Assembly: GCA_003514005.1 (NCBI GenBank)
Contig: DOSJ01000010.1
Location: 39,425-103,424, forward strand
DNA from: Candidatus Falkowbacteria bacterium
GTDB lineage: Bacteria > Patescibacteriota > Patescibacteriia > Patescibacteriales > UBA12075
DNA: 64,000 bases
Direction of reading: 5' to 3'
Part shown: positions 9,354 through 18,224 of the stretch, piece after piece
Position numbering within the stretch: the stretch's first letter is position 1
Layout: every line of letters begins with the position of its first letter
Position numbers and translations under genes: made by a program
The notes under the pieces: generated by a model
What the model saw: the letters and a program-made list of their open reading frames with translations, nothing else
What the model was told of the DNA's origin: nothing
The model's database searches: none

Positions 9354-11560
9354 TTTTGTGAAATCTCTTCCAAAACAACCCCAGCCCCTTTCTCCCACGA
9401 CCTCTCCGAAAGTAACGCTCGCCCCTTACCAACATTCAATTCCACCTCCTCCGCATGTCTGACTGCAAACTTAAGCTGTCTGGACAAATCCAAATAATCA
9501 TCCGGCTTAAAATACAAAACCGCGTCTTGCCCGATTTCACGCATTACTTCCGTGTCGCTGATAATCGCCGGCACACCCGCGTCCATTGCTTCAAGCAAGG
9601 GCAAAGACGAACCCTCGCGCGCGCTTGGATGCACAAAAATTCCGGCCTCGCCAAACAATTTCCATTTTTCATCATCACTAATATACCCAGGCATAATAAT
9701 TTTTTCACTTAGTTTTATATCAACAACGAGATGTTTTATTTCTTCCGCTCCGTATCCATCACGCCCGGCCAAAACCAATTTCCAATCAGGATAAGAATAA
9801 GAAAATTCATTAAACGCCTCCACTAATATATCAACAGATTTTTTCTTTTCGATTCTTCCAATATATATAATACTTTTATTTTTTAAATATTGATTATTAA
9901 GTATTGAATATTGATTATTTCTAGAGTATCCCATCGGCACGCAAACAATCTTCTCCCCAGCCAACCCATAATGCTTCACAATCTCTTTCTTGGAAAACTC
10001 CGAAACCGTAAAAATCTTTTCGGCTCTTTTAATATTTAATTTCGCGGCCGTGTCTTGCATTATCCTTTCACTAAACGAATAACACTCCGGGTTTGATTTA
10101 AAAATCACATCATGAATAACAGCAAAACTTTTCTGCGGCGCGTTTTTTGGAATATAGTAAGATGGCGTAAAAAAATAATCAACCGGAGAATTTTTTAGCT
10201 CCTTGTTCAGCTTGATACTGGTCCAGCCTCGACCATAAGGGATAATTTTTTGAATAGCAGGTGAAAGCGAGCGAATCGGACGCGGAGTATAAATTCGAAC
10301 GCGCAGATTTTTTTCTTGTGCTTTTAAAACAAGCGCGCGGATCATATTCATGGCATAAATCTCAACTCCTGTCCGAATGTTTTTTCCCGGAAAACGCGGG
10401 TCTTCCCAGCGCGAAGCATCAATTCCGATTATCTTGCGGCTTGGATTATTATCCGCGATTATTTCTCTCATCTTATCAAAAAAACATTGCTCTTGATATT
10501 TTTGCGCGTGCGCTATACATTTTTCTTTCTTGCTCAAGCACCATTCAACAGTCATTTTTTTTATTCCGGCAATTACATCTTCTTTATTCGGATTTGCCGG
10601 AATCAATATTCCCGTCTCCCCTTCAATCGTCGACTCAATCAACCCTCCTTCTTTTACTCCCAAATAAGGCTTACCGGCGGCATTGCTTTCCAGATGCGTC
10701 ATACCAGCATCTTCATCCAAAGGAATATAAATAGTTGCTTGTGCGCGACCGACAAGCAGAGAAAGTTTCTCATCGCTAACCCACCCCAATACTTTAATAT
10801 TTTCACAACCCCCTACTATCTCTTTTACTTGGTTAAACCTTGGTCCACCCGAAGCAATAATTAATTTTTTATCAGGCATTTCTTTGAATGCCTCAGCAAT
10901 AAGTTCAACGCGCTTTGCTTCATCAAGTCTTCCATAGGACAAAAAATAATCACCGGTTTCAATGTATTGGAATTTATCAATCGCGATCGGTGGCCAAACA
11001 ACATAGTTGGCATCGGTTTTGACATGATCCCGTATCCTTTGGCGGATATTTTTTGAGTTGGCAATATTTATATCAAAACGGCAAATCGCCTCAAGATACA
11101 AAAATTTCCAAAATCGCGTAAACAATGCATAGGGCAAGCGTAAATAAAAAGGGTATCCTGCTTTGCTAATCGTGTACATATCAAATATCCGGCGTGGCGT
11201 CGTGTGGGTATAGACCATTTTTAAAGCCTTGAGTTGCGCATAAAAGCCTACCGCTTCGGTCGCGGCCTGCGATGATGCGATTAAAACGTCATATTGTTTT
11301 AACAAACTCCGATTTTTAAAAAACAACCAGCGCAACCAAAAAAACCGCAATCCGCGAGTTGTTACGATATTCTCCGTCAAGCATTTAAGCCTACTCCCAA
11401 GTTTTTCTTGATACTCCGGAAAAGTATGCGCGCTCGCATAAGCGGTAATAAAATCGGCGCCCAAATCAAGCGCCAACATCATCACGGTTCTTTCACCGCC
11501 GCCACAAAACCCAAGATGGTCATGTACGATGGCTATTTTTAAATTGTTTATTTTATTCAT
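9338..11560 (-). CDS. Two-domain glycosyltransferase (tandem GT4-like modules)
   Basis: 740 aa. Two separate GT-B/GT4 E-x7-E regions (EDAGMTHLESNAAGKP and REGSSLPLLEAMDAGVP). Confidence 0.7.
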   Translation of the reverse strand: MNKINNLKIAIVHDHLGFCGGGERTVMMLALDLGADFITAYASAHTFPEYQEKLGSRLKCLTENIVTTRGLRFFWLRWLFFKNRSLLKQYDVLIASSQAATEAVGFYAQLKALKMVYTHTTPRRIFDMYTISKAGYPFYLRLPYALFTRFWKFLYLEAICRFDINIANSKNIRQRIRDHVKTDANYVVWPPIAIDKFQYIETGDYFLSYGRLDEAKRVELIAEAFKEMPDKKLIIASGGPRFNQVKEIVGGCENIKVLGWVSDEKLSLLVGRAQATIYIPLDEDAGMTHLESNAAGKPYLGVKEGGLIESTIEGETGILIPANPNKEDVIAGIKKMTVEWCLSKKEKCIAHAQKYQEQCFFDKMREIIADNNPSRKIIGIDASRWEDPRFPGKNIRTGVEIYAMNMIRALVLKAQEKNLRVRIYTPRPIRSLSPAIQKIIPYGRGWTSIKLNKELKNSPVDYFFTPSYYIPKNAPQKSFAVIHDVIFKSNPECYSFSERIMQDTAAKLNIKRAEKIFTVSEFSKKEIVKHYGLAGEKIVCVPMGYSRNNQYSILNNQYLKNKSIIYIGRIEKKKSVDILVEAFNEFSYSYPDWKLVLAGRDGYGAEEIKHLVVDIKLSEKIIMPGYISDDEKWKLFGEAGIFVHPSAREGSSLPLLEAMDAGVPAIISDTEVMREIGQDAVLYFKPDDYLDLSRQLKFAVRHAEEVELNVGKGRALLSERSWEKGAGVVLEEISQKVIRA

Positions 11561-11591
11561 TTTTTATACTATCTATATATTCCCTATACTT

Positions 11592-11729
11592 TGTCATTCC
11601 CGCGAAAGCGGGAATCTTGGTTTTAAAACAACGAGATACTTCTTTAGTAAAATTGATATAAAAACACCTTATAAATTTATTTGTTTATTTATTTTTTTTA
11701 CCGAGATTCCCGCCTACGCGGGAATGACA
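11592..11729. mobile_element. MITE-like element, copy 2
   Basis: TGTCATTCCCGCGAAAGCGGGAATCTTGG ... CCGAGATTCCCGCCTACGCGGGAATGACA, 138 bp. Track ORF 11529-11741 is a spurious translation of it. Confidence 0.75.
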
Positions 11730-11773
11730 AGATATTTTTAAATAGTTCAATTAAACTTGATGCATTCGTGTTC

Positions 11774-12616
11774 TTATAATCTTTTCTTAAAAATCTCCAA
11801 AGTATTCCAAAAAAGCATAGCAATTGTCATCGGTCCAACGCCACCTGGTACGGGAGTGATAAACGCAACCTTGTCTTCCACATCATCAAAATCAACATCG
11901 CCCAGTACTTTCCCTTTTTCTTTTGTTATGCCAATATCAATCACAACCGCGTCTTTTTTTACCATTTCTTTTTTTATAAAATGCGGACGACCAACAGCTG
12001 ATATCAAAATATCGGCTTTACTGGTTTTACTTTTCAAATTTTTATCATCCGCTTTCATAAGCTCGGTTTTTGCGCCTCGACAATCAAGTACATGTGCCAA
12101 ACTTTTACCAAAAACATCCGAATTCGCAATCAAACAAACTCGTTTATCTTTCAAATCGATTTTAATTTCATTCAGCATTATTAAAACCGCTTTTAAAACC
12201 GGAGGCAAAACTTCTTCATGATTACAGCTGGCTAATAATTTTTTCAAATTTTCCGGATGAAACAGATCAACGTCTTTTTTCGGATCAATCGCTTTGATAA
12301 TCTTATCAGTATCAAAACTATCAGGCAATGGCAATTGCACTAGAATTGCATCAATCAACTCATCATTATTCAAACATTCAATCATCTGGATTATTTCCGA
12401 TTCAGGGGTAGTATCGGTACAGCGATAAATATGCGTATCAATGCCAACCTTCAATGCCTCTTTTTCTTTTAGCGCAACATAAAGCCGAGAATCTTCGCGC
12501 TCCCCTATCAATATTATCGCCAAATTCGGACGCTTGCCTTGAAACGTCAAAATCTCCGCAACAATAGTGTCTTTAATTTTCTCGGCAATTAGTTTACCAT
12601 TTATTAACTCACTCAT
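11774..12616 (-). CDS. folD: Bifunctional methylenetetrahydrofolate dehydrogenase/cyclohydrolase
   Basis: 280 aa, FolD-like throughout (GKLIAEKI, VQLPLP, PGGVGPMT). Confidence 0.9.
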   Translation of the reverse strand: MSELINGKLIAEKIKDTIVAEILTFQGKRPNLAIILIGEREDSRLYVALKEKEALKVGIDTHIYRCTDTTPESEIIQMIECLNNDELIDAILVQLPLPDSFDTDKIIKAIDPKKDVDLFHPENLKKLLASCNHEEVLPPVLKAVLIMLNEIKIDLKDKRVCLIANSDVFGKSLAHVLDCRGAKTELMKADDKNLKSKTSKADILISAVGRPHFIKKEMVKKDAVVIDIGITKEKGKVLGDVDFDDVEDKVAFITPVPGGVGPMTIAMLFWNTLEIFKKRL

Positions 12617-12654
12617 TATTTCAAATATTATAAATATGGTTTTTCAATATACTT

Positions 12655-12842
12655 TGTAGCTTAAGCCGAAAATAAATAATTGATTGTTATTAAATTACTG
12701 CTTGAAGCGGATCATATTACCTACTCGAATGTTTATATGTGTATCTAACTTATATCTAATCCTCAACTTCTGCGCCTTTTCTGAGCTGAGCTTAATTTAA
12801 TAAAAATCAATTATTTATTTTCGGCTGATACGAACTTGAAAT
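12655..12842 (+). repeat. 188-bp palindromic element, copy 1 of 3
   Basis: Near-identical to 51555-51742 and 57661-57848. Terminal inverted repeats of about 34 bp (GCCGAAAATAAATAATTGAT..TTATTAAATTA) flank the conserved core CTGCTTGAAGCGGATCATATTACCTACTCGAATGTTTAT. Confidence 0.8.
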
Positions 12843-12878
12843 TCCAATAAAATAAGTCATAAAAAAAATAAAATATTA

Positions 12879-14123
12879 TTAAACACTCGGAATTGGAAAC
12901 TCCAAGCACATTTCTCGAACTTCTTTTTTGATACTGTCCAGCACCTCGATATTTTCCCGATTCTTGATCGCGCTATCAATCCAAACCGCGATTCTTTTCA
13001 TCTCGGTTTCTTTCATACCGCGCGTCGTAATCGCTGGCGTGCCAAATCGCACACCTGAAGGATTCATAGGCGGGTTCGGATCATTCGGAATAGTTGAGCG
13101 AGAAACGGAAATTCCAATCCGGTCCAAAACATTTTCCGCATCTTTGCCGGAAAGGCCTTTACTCGACATATCAGCGACCAGCAAATGATTATCGGTTCCG
13201 TCTGATATCACATGATAGCCAAGACTCATTAATTCGCCGGCCAAAACGCTGGCATTACTGATTACTTGCTTGGCATATTCTTTGAAACTCGGGTCTAGCG
13301 CTTCTTTAAAGGCAACTGCCTTTGCCGCGGTAATATGATCATGCGGTCCGCCTTGCATTCCGGGAAATACCGCCTTATCAATCTTTTGCGCAAATTCTTC
13401 CTTGCACATTATCATGGCACCGCGTGGCCCGCGCAAAGTCTTGTGCGTAGTCGTGGAAACGACGTCAAAAATCGGGACAGGATTTTCCATCTGCTCGCCC
13501 GCAATAAGCCCCGCGGTATGGGCGATATCCGCAAAAGTAAAGGCGCCAACCTCGTCGGCGATTTCCTTGAATTTTTTCCATTCAATCTCGCGCGAATAAG
13601 CGCTATATCCGGCAACGATCATTTTCGGTTTTTCTTTTTGCGCGATTTTTCTGACCGCGTCCATGTCAATCCTTCCGCTTTCCGCGTCAACCTCATAATG
13701 CGCAAAATCATAGAGCATTCCGGAAAAATTGACTGGATGCCCATGAGATAAATGTCCGCCATGATCAAGCCGCAAGCCAAGCACCTTTTCACCCGGCTTT
13801 AAAAACGCGAAATAAACCGCGGCATTAGCCGGAGACCCTGACAAAGGCTGGACATTCACATGCTCCGCGCCAAATAATAACTTTGCGCGCTCAATCGCGA
13901 TATTTTCAATCTCATCAATGACATGATTCCCGCCATAATATCGCTTACCCGGATAGCCTTCGCTATACTTATTCGTCAAAACGGTTCCCATCGCCTCCAA
14001 AACCGCCTTGGAAACATAATTTTCCGAAGCGATCATCTCCATCTCCTCAATCTGCCGCTTTTCCTCCTTATTAATAATCTTCATTATCTCTTGATCATCT
14101 TTTTTTAAATTTGAATAGTCCAT
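12879..14123 (-). CDS. glyA: Serine hydroxymethyltransferase
   Basis: 414 aa with the PLP-lysine region TTTHKTLRGPRG. Confidence 0.95.
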   Translation of the reverse strand: MDYSNLKKDDQEIMKIINKEEKRQIEEMEMIASENYVSKAVLEAMGTVLTNKYSEGYPGKRYYGGNHVIDEIENIAIERAKLLFGAEHVNVQPLSGSPANAAVYFAFLKPGEKVLGLRLDHGGHLSHGHPVNFSGMLYDFAHYEVDAESGRIDMDAVRKIAQKEKPKMIVAGYSAYSREIEWKKFKEIADEVGAFTFADIAHTAGLIAGEQMENPVPIFDVVSTTTHKTLRGPRGAMIMCKEEFAQKIDKAVFPGMQGGPHDHITAAKAVAFKEALDPSFKEYAKQVISNASVLAGELMSLGYHVISDGTDNHLLVADMSSKGLSGKDAENVLDRIGISVSRSTIPNDPNPPMNPSGVRFGTPAITTRGMKETEMKRIAVWIDSAIKNRENIEVLDSIKKEVREMCLEFPIPSV

Positions 14124-14289
14124 GGGGTTATTTTTTAGTTTTTATAAATTATTTATATAATAATTTTAATTTAATTCCACCATTTTGTCAAAAAAATATT
14201 CTGCTAAAATTGCAGAATATTTTATATAAAATCTATAAATAATTTTTTTTGGTGGGCTGGTTATAAATTGTTTTTAACCAGCCCAATTT

Positions 14290-14472
14290 TTATTTCTTTC
14301 TTTTTTCCAAAATCTCCTCAATTTTATTAAATGCTTTAACACTTTTTTCCCTATGTTGAAACATTTCTTTACCGTAACTCATAGATCCTGCTATGCGCGA
14401 TTCTTCACAATATTCATCATACCACACCTTAATCTCTGGATCTTCTAATAATTCTTTAGCTATTTTTGGCAA
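14290..14472 (-). CDS. Small hypothetical protein (60 aa)
   Basis: TTG start preceded by AAGGGGGA 5 nt upstream. Lies between the Elp3-like gene and glyA on the same strand. Confidence 0.4.
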   Translation of the reverse strand: MPKIAKELLEDPEIKVWYDEYCEESRIAGSMSYGKEMFQHREKSVKAFNKIEEILEKRKK

Positions 14473-14504
14473 TTTTTCCCCCTTTTTTTTGTTATTTCAA
14501 TTAA

Positions 14505-16160
14505 TTATTTTAATTTCTTTTCCATATAAGTTTCATGCAATCGATAGCCTAATTTTCGATAATAACCGCGCACCCCTACCCCTGATATTATTTTTAATAT
14601 ATCATAATTTTCATTTTTTGCAATCTCCTCCGCCTCCCCCAACAATATCTTCCCCAACCCCGCATGCTGAACCTTTTTCTCGCCCCCAACCGAAACCAGC
14701 TCGCCATAAACATGCAGCTCACGAACAATCGCCAACCCCTCATCAACCAATCGCAACCGACAAAATCCCAATAGTTTATCTTCCTTTGAAACTGCTTGAA
14801 TAAAATACTCCTTACCGCCTGAAGCATTATAATTAATAATATTAAATCGAAAATCGAAAATCGAAAATCGAAAATCACCAACTTCCCTACACCGAATACA
14901 CCGACAAACAACCCCCTCATCTTGCATCACCTGCCGCAAATTTGTTATCTTATTCCCAGCAACAATCGATTCACCTGGAATATCCCGAATCAAACGAATA
15001 ATACGAACATATTCCGGCGTTATTTTTTTACACTTAATAATCAACTCACGCAATTGTTTATCTGTATATGGTTTATACTTCCCTTGTTTCCACCAATGAT
15101 AAAGCAAAGAGCCCTTGGTGACAACACAAGGATAAAACTTTATCTGATCCGGCTGAAAACGCTCATCGGTAAAAAGTTGCCGATACATCTTGAAATCACG
15201 CGCCGGCGTTGACCCTGGCAATCCAGGCATTATATGATAAGTAACCTTAAATCCATAATTTTTTAATAAAGCAGTCGCATCCGCGATTTCCTTTACCCCA
15301 TGCCCGCGCTTATTCAGCTTCAAAATCTTATCATCAAGGTGCTGCACCCCAAGCTCCACCCGCGTACACCCAAACGTACGCATCTGTAACAACTCTTCAT
15401 CACAAATATAATCCGGCCGCGTCTCAAGAGTCAAACCAATAATCTGATATTTAGTATTTTCATTCTTCTTCTGTTCTTTTATTAATAAATTTTTTAATTC
15501 TCCTCTTGTCATTCCCGCGAAGGCGGGAATCTTGGTTATAGGCGAAATGGCTTTTTTTTCACCAAGATTCCCGCCTTCGCGGGAATGACAAAATTGGTTT
15601 GCGGCCGCAAAAAGATTCAACACATACCAATACTTATACTTCTCCGGCAAATAAGACCACGTCCCCCCGATAACAATCAACTCAATCTTCGTCGGCTCAT
15701 GCCCATTATTAATCAAAGCCCGCAAACGATCTTGGACTTGAACAAACGGATTATAACCACAACGTATCGCCCGCATCACCGCTGGCTCATTCGAAAGATA
15801 GCTCTGCGGCACGTCTTTTTCAGTTGGGCAATACGCGCATTTTCCCGGGCAAGGATAAGGCTTGGTTAAAACCGCAACCGGCGCGATACCCGACATAGTC
15901 CGCACCGCACGCTTTCGCAAAAGTTTTTTTAATAAGGGGTTCAACCCCTGCGCCAGGGTTTGAACCCCTTTTATAATCTCCGCATTACTAAAAATATCCA
16001 ATCCATACTTCTTGGCTATTTTACGTTTTACAAGCATTAAATCTTTACTGTCAGCAATTTTAGCAGACAACAATTCTTTAATAGCTTCTTCAATTTTTTC
16101 ATTAATATCTTTCATAATACTTTCTAGCACTAGATTAACACTCAGAAAATCATTAGTCAA
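14505..16160 (-). CDS. Elp3-like radical SAM / GNAT acetyltransferase (tRNA U34 modification family)
   Basis: 551 aa. Elp3-type radical-SAM cysteine motif CPGKCAYCP followed by PQSYLSNEPAVMRA, and a C-terminal GNAT region QHAGLGKILLGEAEEIA. The start may instead be the ATG at 16115 (MKDINEK). Confidence 0.75.
   Translation of the reverse strand: MTNDFLSVNLVLESIMKDINEKIEEAIKELLSAKIADSKDLMLVKRKIAKKYGLDIFSNAEIIKGVQTLAQGLNPLLKKLLRKRAVRTMSGIAPVAVLTKPYPCPGKCAYCPTEKDVPQSYLSNEPAVMRAIRCGYNPFVQVQDRLRALINNGHEPTKIELIVIGGTWSYLPEKYKYWYVLNLFAAANQFCHSREGGNLGEKKAISPITKIPAFAGMTRGELKNLLIKEQKKNENTKYQIIGLTLETRPDYICDEELLQMRTFGCTRVELGVQHLDDKILKLNKRGHGVKEIADATALLKNYGFKVTYHIMPGLPGSTPARDFKMYRQLFTDERFQPDQIKFYPCVVTKGSLLYHWWKQGKYKPYTDKQLRELIIKCKKITPEYVRIIRLIRDIPGESIVAGNKITNLRQVMQDEGVVCRCIRCREVGDFRFSIFDFRFNIINYNASGGKEYFIQAVSKEDKLLGFCRLRLVDEGLAIVRELHVYGELVSVGGEKKVQHAGLGKILLGEAEEIAKNENYDILKIISGVGVRGYYRKLGYRLHETYMEKKLK
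14844..14876. repeat. 7-nt tandem array (AAATCGA x4.7) inside the Elp3-like CDS
   Basis: AAATCGA repeats at 14844, 14851, 14858 and 14865, plus a partial unit. It encodes DFRFSIFDFRF. The same array occurs at 23113-23143. Confidence 0.85.
15507..15590. mobile_element. MITE-like element, copy 3 (84 bp, in frame inside the Elp3-like CDS)
   Basis: TGTCATTCCCGCGAAGGCGGGAATCTTGG ... CCAAGATTCCCGCCTTCGCGGGAATGACA. It is 84 bp (28 codons) and is translated as ..CHSREGGNLGEKKAISPITKIPAFAGMTRG.. Confidence 0.8.
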
Positions 16161-16245
16161 TCTTATAAAATTTTCAGAAATATAAAAAATATGCTATAAT
16201 AAAATCAAATAAATGCTTTTTTAAAATTTTATGAAAGGGGGAATT

Positions 16246-16545
16246 ATGGATTTTAATTACTGTTGTTTTGACTACAAAAATCAAGTCGCCTTAATTAAAC
16301 AAAAGTTAAAAATATTTAATGCCATTATTTTTAACACAAACTGCAAAAGCGGCGAATGTCGGATTTATACAAAAGAAAAAGACGTCGAAAGCTTATTTCA
16401 AAAAAACAACGAATCTTTAAAACTCACAAAAACAAACGACAGTGATAATTTCATTATTCTTGACGCATACAATGATATTGCCGGCGATATCCTTGCCTAT
16501 CAGCTCGGTAGCATCACTTTTCACCCTGGATTAAATAAAATCTAA
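16246..16545 (+). CDS. Hypothetical protein (99 aa)
   Basis: The ATG at 16246 is preceded by AAAGGGGGA, so it is preferred over the track start at 16231. No recognisable family. Confidence 0.45.
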   Translation: MDFNYCCFDYKNQVALIKQKLKIFNAIIFNTNCKSGECRIYTKEKDVESLFQKNNESLKLTKTNDSDNFIILDAYNDIAGDILAYQLGSITFHPGLNKI

Positions 16546-16557
16546 ATTTTCAAAAAC

Positions 16558-16590
16558 AAAAAAGGGATCCATGAAAAAGATCCCTTTTAA
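16558..16590 (+). terminator. Hairpin after the 16246-16545 gene
   Basis: AAAGGGATC / GATCCCTTT stem with a 9-nt loop followed by a T-rich tail. Confidence 0.45.
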
Positions 16591-16671
16591 ATTTGATTAA
16601 TTCAAACCGCTTCTGCTATAATAAAACCAACGCTAATAATTATCTCCCGCAAAAATAAGCGGAAAAAAATT

Positions 16672-18099
16672 ATGAAAATCAATCCAAATATCATCCGAGG
16701 CTATGACATCCGCGGATTAGTTAACAAGGATTTAAATGAAGAAATCTTAGAAAATTTCGGCAAAGCTTATGGATCATACATGATACGTCATGGGGAATAT
16801 AAAGCAATAATCGGCCATGATTCCCGTGGTGATAGCGTCGCCTACAAAGATGCTTTTATTCGCGGGCTTATTTCGACCGGCATGGATGTCATTGACATGG
16901 GCTTAATAATGGTTGGCACAAAATATTGGGCACAATATCATTTCAATACCAAGTCCGCGATAATGATAACCGCTTCGCATAACCCAAAGGAATTTAACGG
17001 CATGAAACTCGCAAAAAATTATTCCGAATCAATGATTCTAGAAGATCTAAAATCATTAATCAGACAAATAGAAACCGAAGATTTTGTTGTAGCTAAAACT
17101 GCGGGCTCAATCAAAAAAATCGATATCACTCAAGAATATTTTAATGATATTTTACAAAGAGTCAAAATTGAAAAGAAATTCAAAGTCGTAGTAGATCCAA
17201 GCTGTTCTACTCCGGGCGCAATCGTCCCAAACTTATTGCGCCAAGCCGGTTGTGAAGTAATCGAAAGCAATTGTAATCTTGATCCAAGTTTTCCTCTCGG
17301 CGTTGCTGATCCAACAGAAACAATAGTCGCGGAAAGATTACGCGACAAGGTTCTGGAAACCGGCGCCGACTTAGGTTTTTCTTATGATTCAGACGGAGAT
17401 CGTATCGGTATTGTTGATGAAAAAGGCACGATAATTTGGAATGACGTACTTGTCGCGTTATTAGCACTCGATGTTTTAAATAGCCACCCGCACAGCAAAA
17501 TAATGTTCAATACGCTATGTTCCAAGGTTGTATCCGACACCATCGAAAAATACGGCGGCGAGGCTTTTATGTGGCGAACTGGTCATGGATTCTTAAAGAA
17601 AAAAAACCAAGAAATCGGCGCGCCTTTTATCGGCGAATTATCCGGCCATTTCTTTTTTTCAGCAGATTTTTACAACCACGATGATGGATGCTATGTTACG
17701 CTCCGCTTATTAGAATACTTAAGCCGAACAAACCAGAGCCTAAATCAAGCTATCTCTCAACTACCTCACTATATTTCCAGTCCGGAAATTAAACTTTATT
17801 GCGACGATAGCAAAAAAATTGCTCTTATCGAAAAAATATCACCAATCTTAAAAAATGATTTTAAAGATGCAGAAGTTATCGACGACGAACGCGCCGGTGA
17901 TGGCGTAAGACTAGAAATGAACGATTCGATGTTTATAATCCGCTACTCGCAAAATGGCCCGTATATTACCATTAAATTTGAAGCAAAAACCGAAGAAAAA
18001 TATATTCAACTAAAAAAATATATTAGTAATCTATTGCACACCTTTATAGAAATAGAGTGGGACAACGAAATAAGAGTTAATGTAGAAAGTTTAGAATAA
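16672..18099 (+). CDS. Phosphoglucomutase/phosphomannomutase family protein
   Basis: 475 aa. Active-site Ser loop TASHNP, metal loop DSDGDR and sugar loop GELSGH. Confidence 0.9.
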   Translation: MKINPNIIRGYDIRGLVNKDLNEEILENFGKAYGSYMIRHGEYKAIIGHDSRGDSVAYKDAFIRGLISTGMDVIDMGLIMVGTKYWAQYHFNTKSAIMITASHNPKEFNGMKLAKNYSESMILEDLKSLIRQIETEDFVVAKTAGSIKKIDITQEYFNDILQRVKIEKKFKVVVDPSCSTPGAIVPNLLRQAGCEVIESNCNLDPSFPLGVADPTETIVAERLRDKVLETGADLGFSYDSDGDRIGIVDEKGTIIWNDVLVALLALDVLNSHPHSKIMFNTLCSKVVSDTIEKYGGEAFMWRTGHGFLKKKNQEIGAPFIGELSGHFFFSADFYNHDDGCYVTLRLLEYLSRTNQSLNQAISQLPHYISSPEIKLYCDDSKKIALIEKISPILKNDFKDAEVIDDERAGDGVRLEMNDSMFIIRYSQNGPYITIKFEAKTEEKYIQLKKYISNLLHTFIEIEWDNEIRVNVESLE

Positions 18100-18144
18100 A
18101 TTAATACAAATTATTATATTCCAAAAACTCCAAAAACGCACAAG

Positions 18145-18196
18145 CCTCCACAAACAAGCCCCGCCTTTCGCGAAAGGCGGGGCTTGTTTGTGGAGG
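18145..18196. terminator. Perfect 26-bp-arm GC-rich palindrome (bidirectional terminator between convergent genes)
   Basis: CCTCCACAAACAAGCCCCGCCTTTCG / CGAAAGGCGGGGCTTGTTTGTGGAGG. The core CCCCGCCYTTCGCGAARGGCGGGG recurs at 24991 and 63478. Confidence 0.7.
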
Positions 18197-18224
18197 CGAT
18201 GGTAATATATAAAAAGTTAAAAAC

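Noticed and set aside
11529-11741. ORFs encoding CHSRE[GS]GN.. / IPA[FY]AGMT peptides (11529-11741 and 38576-38776)
   Set aside because: They are translations of the MITE-like terminal repeats and are not independent genes. The same peptides appear wherever the repeat occurs.
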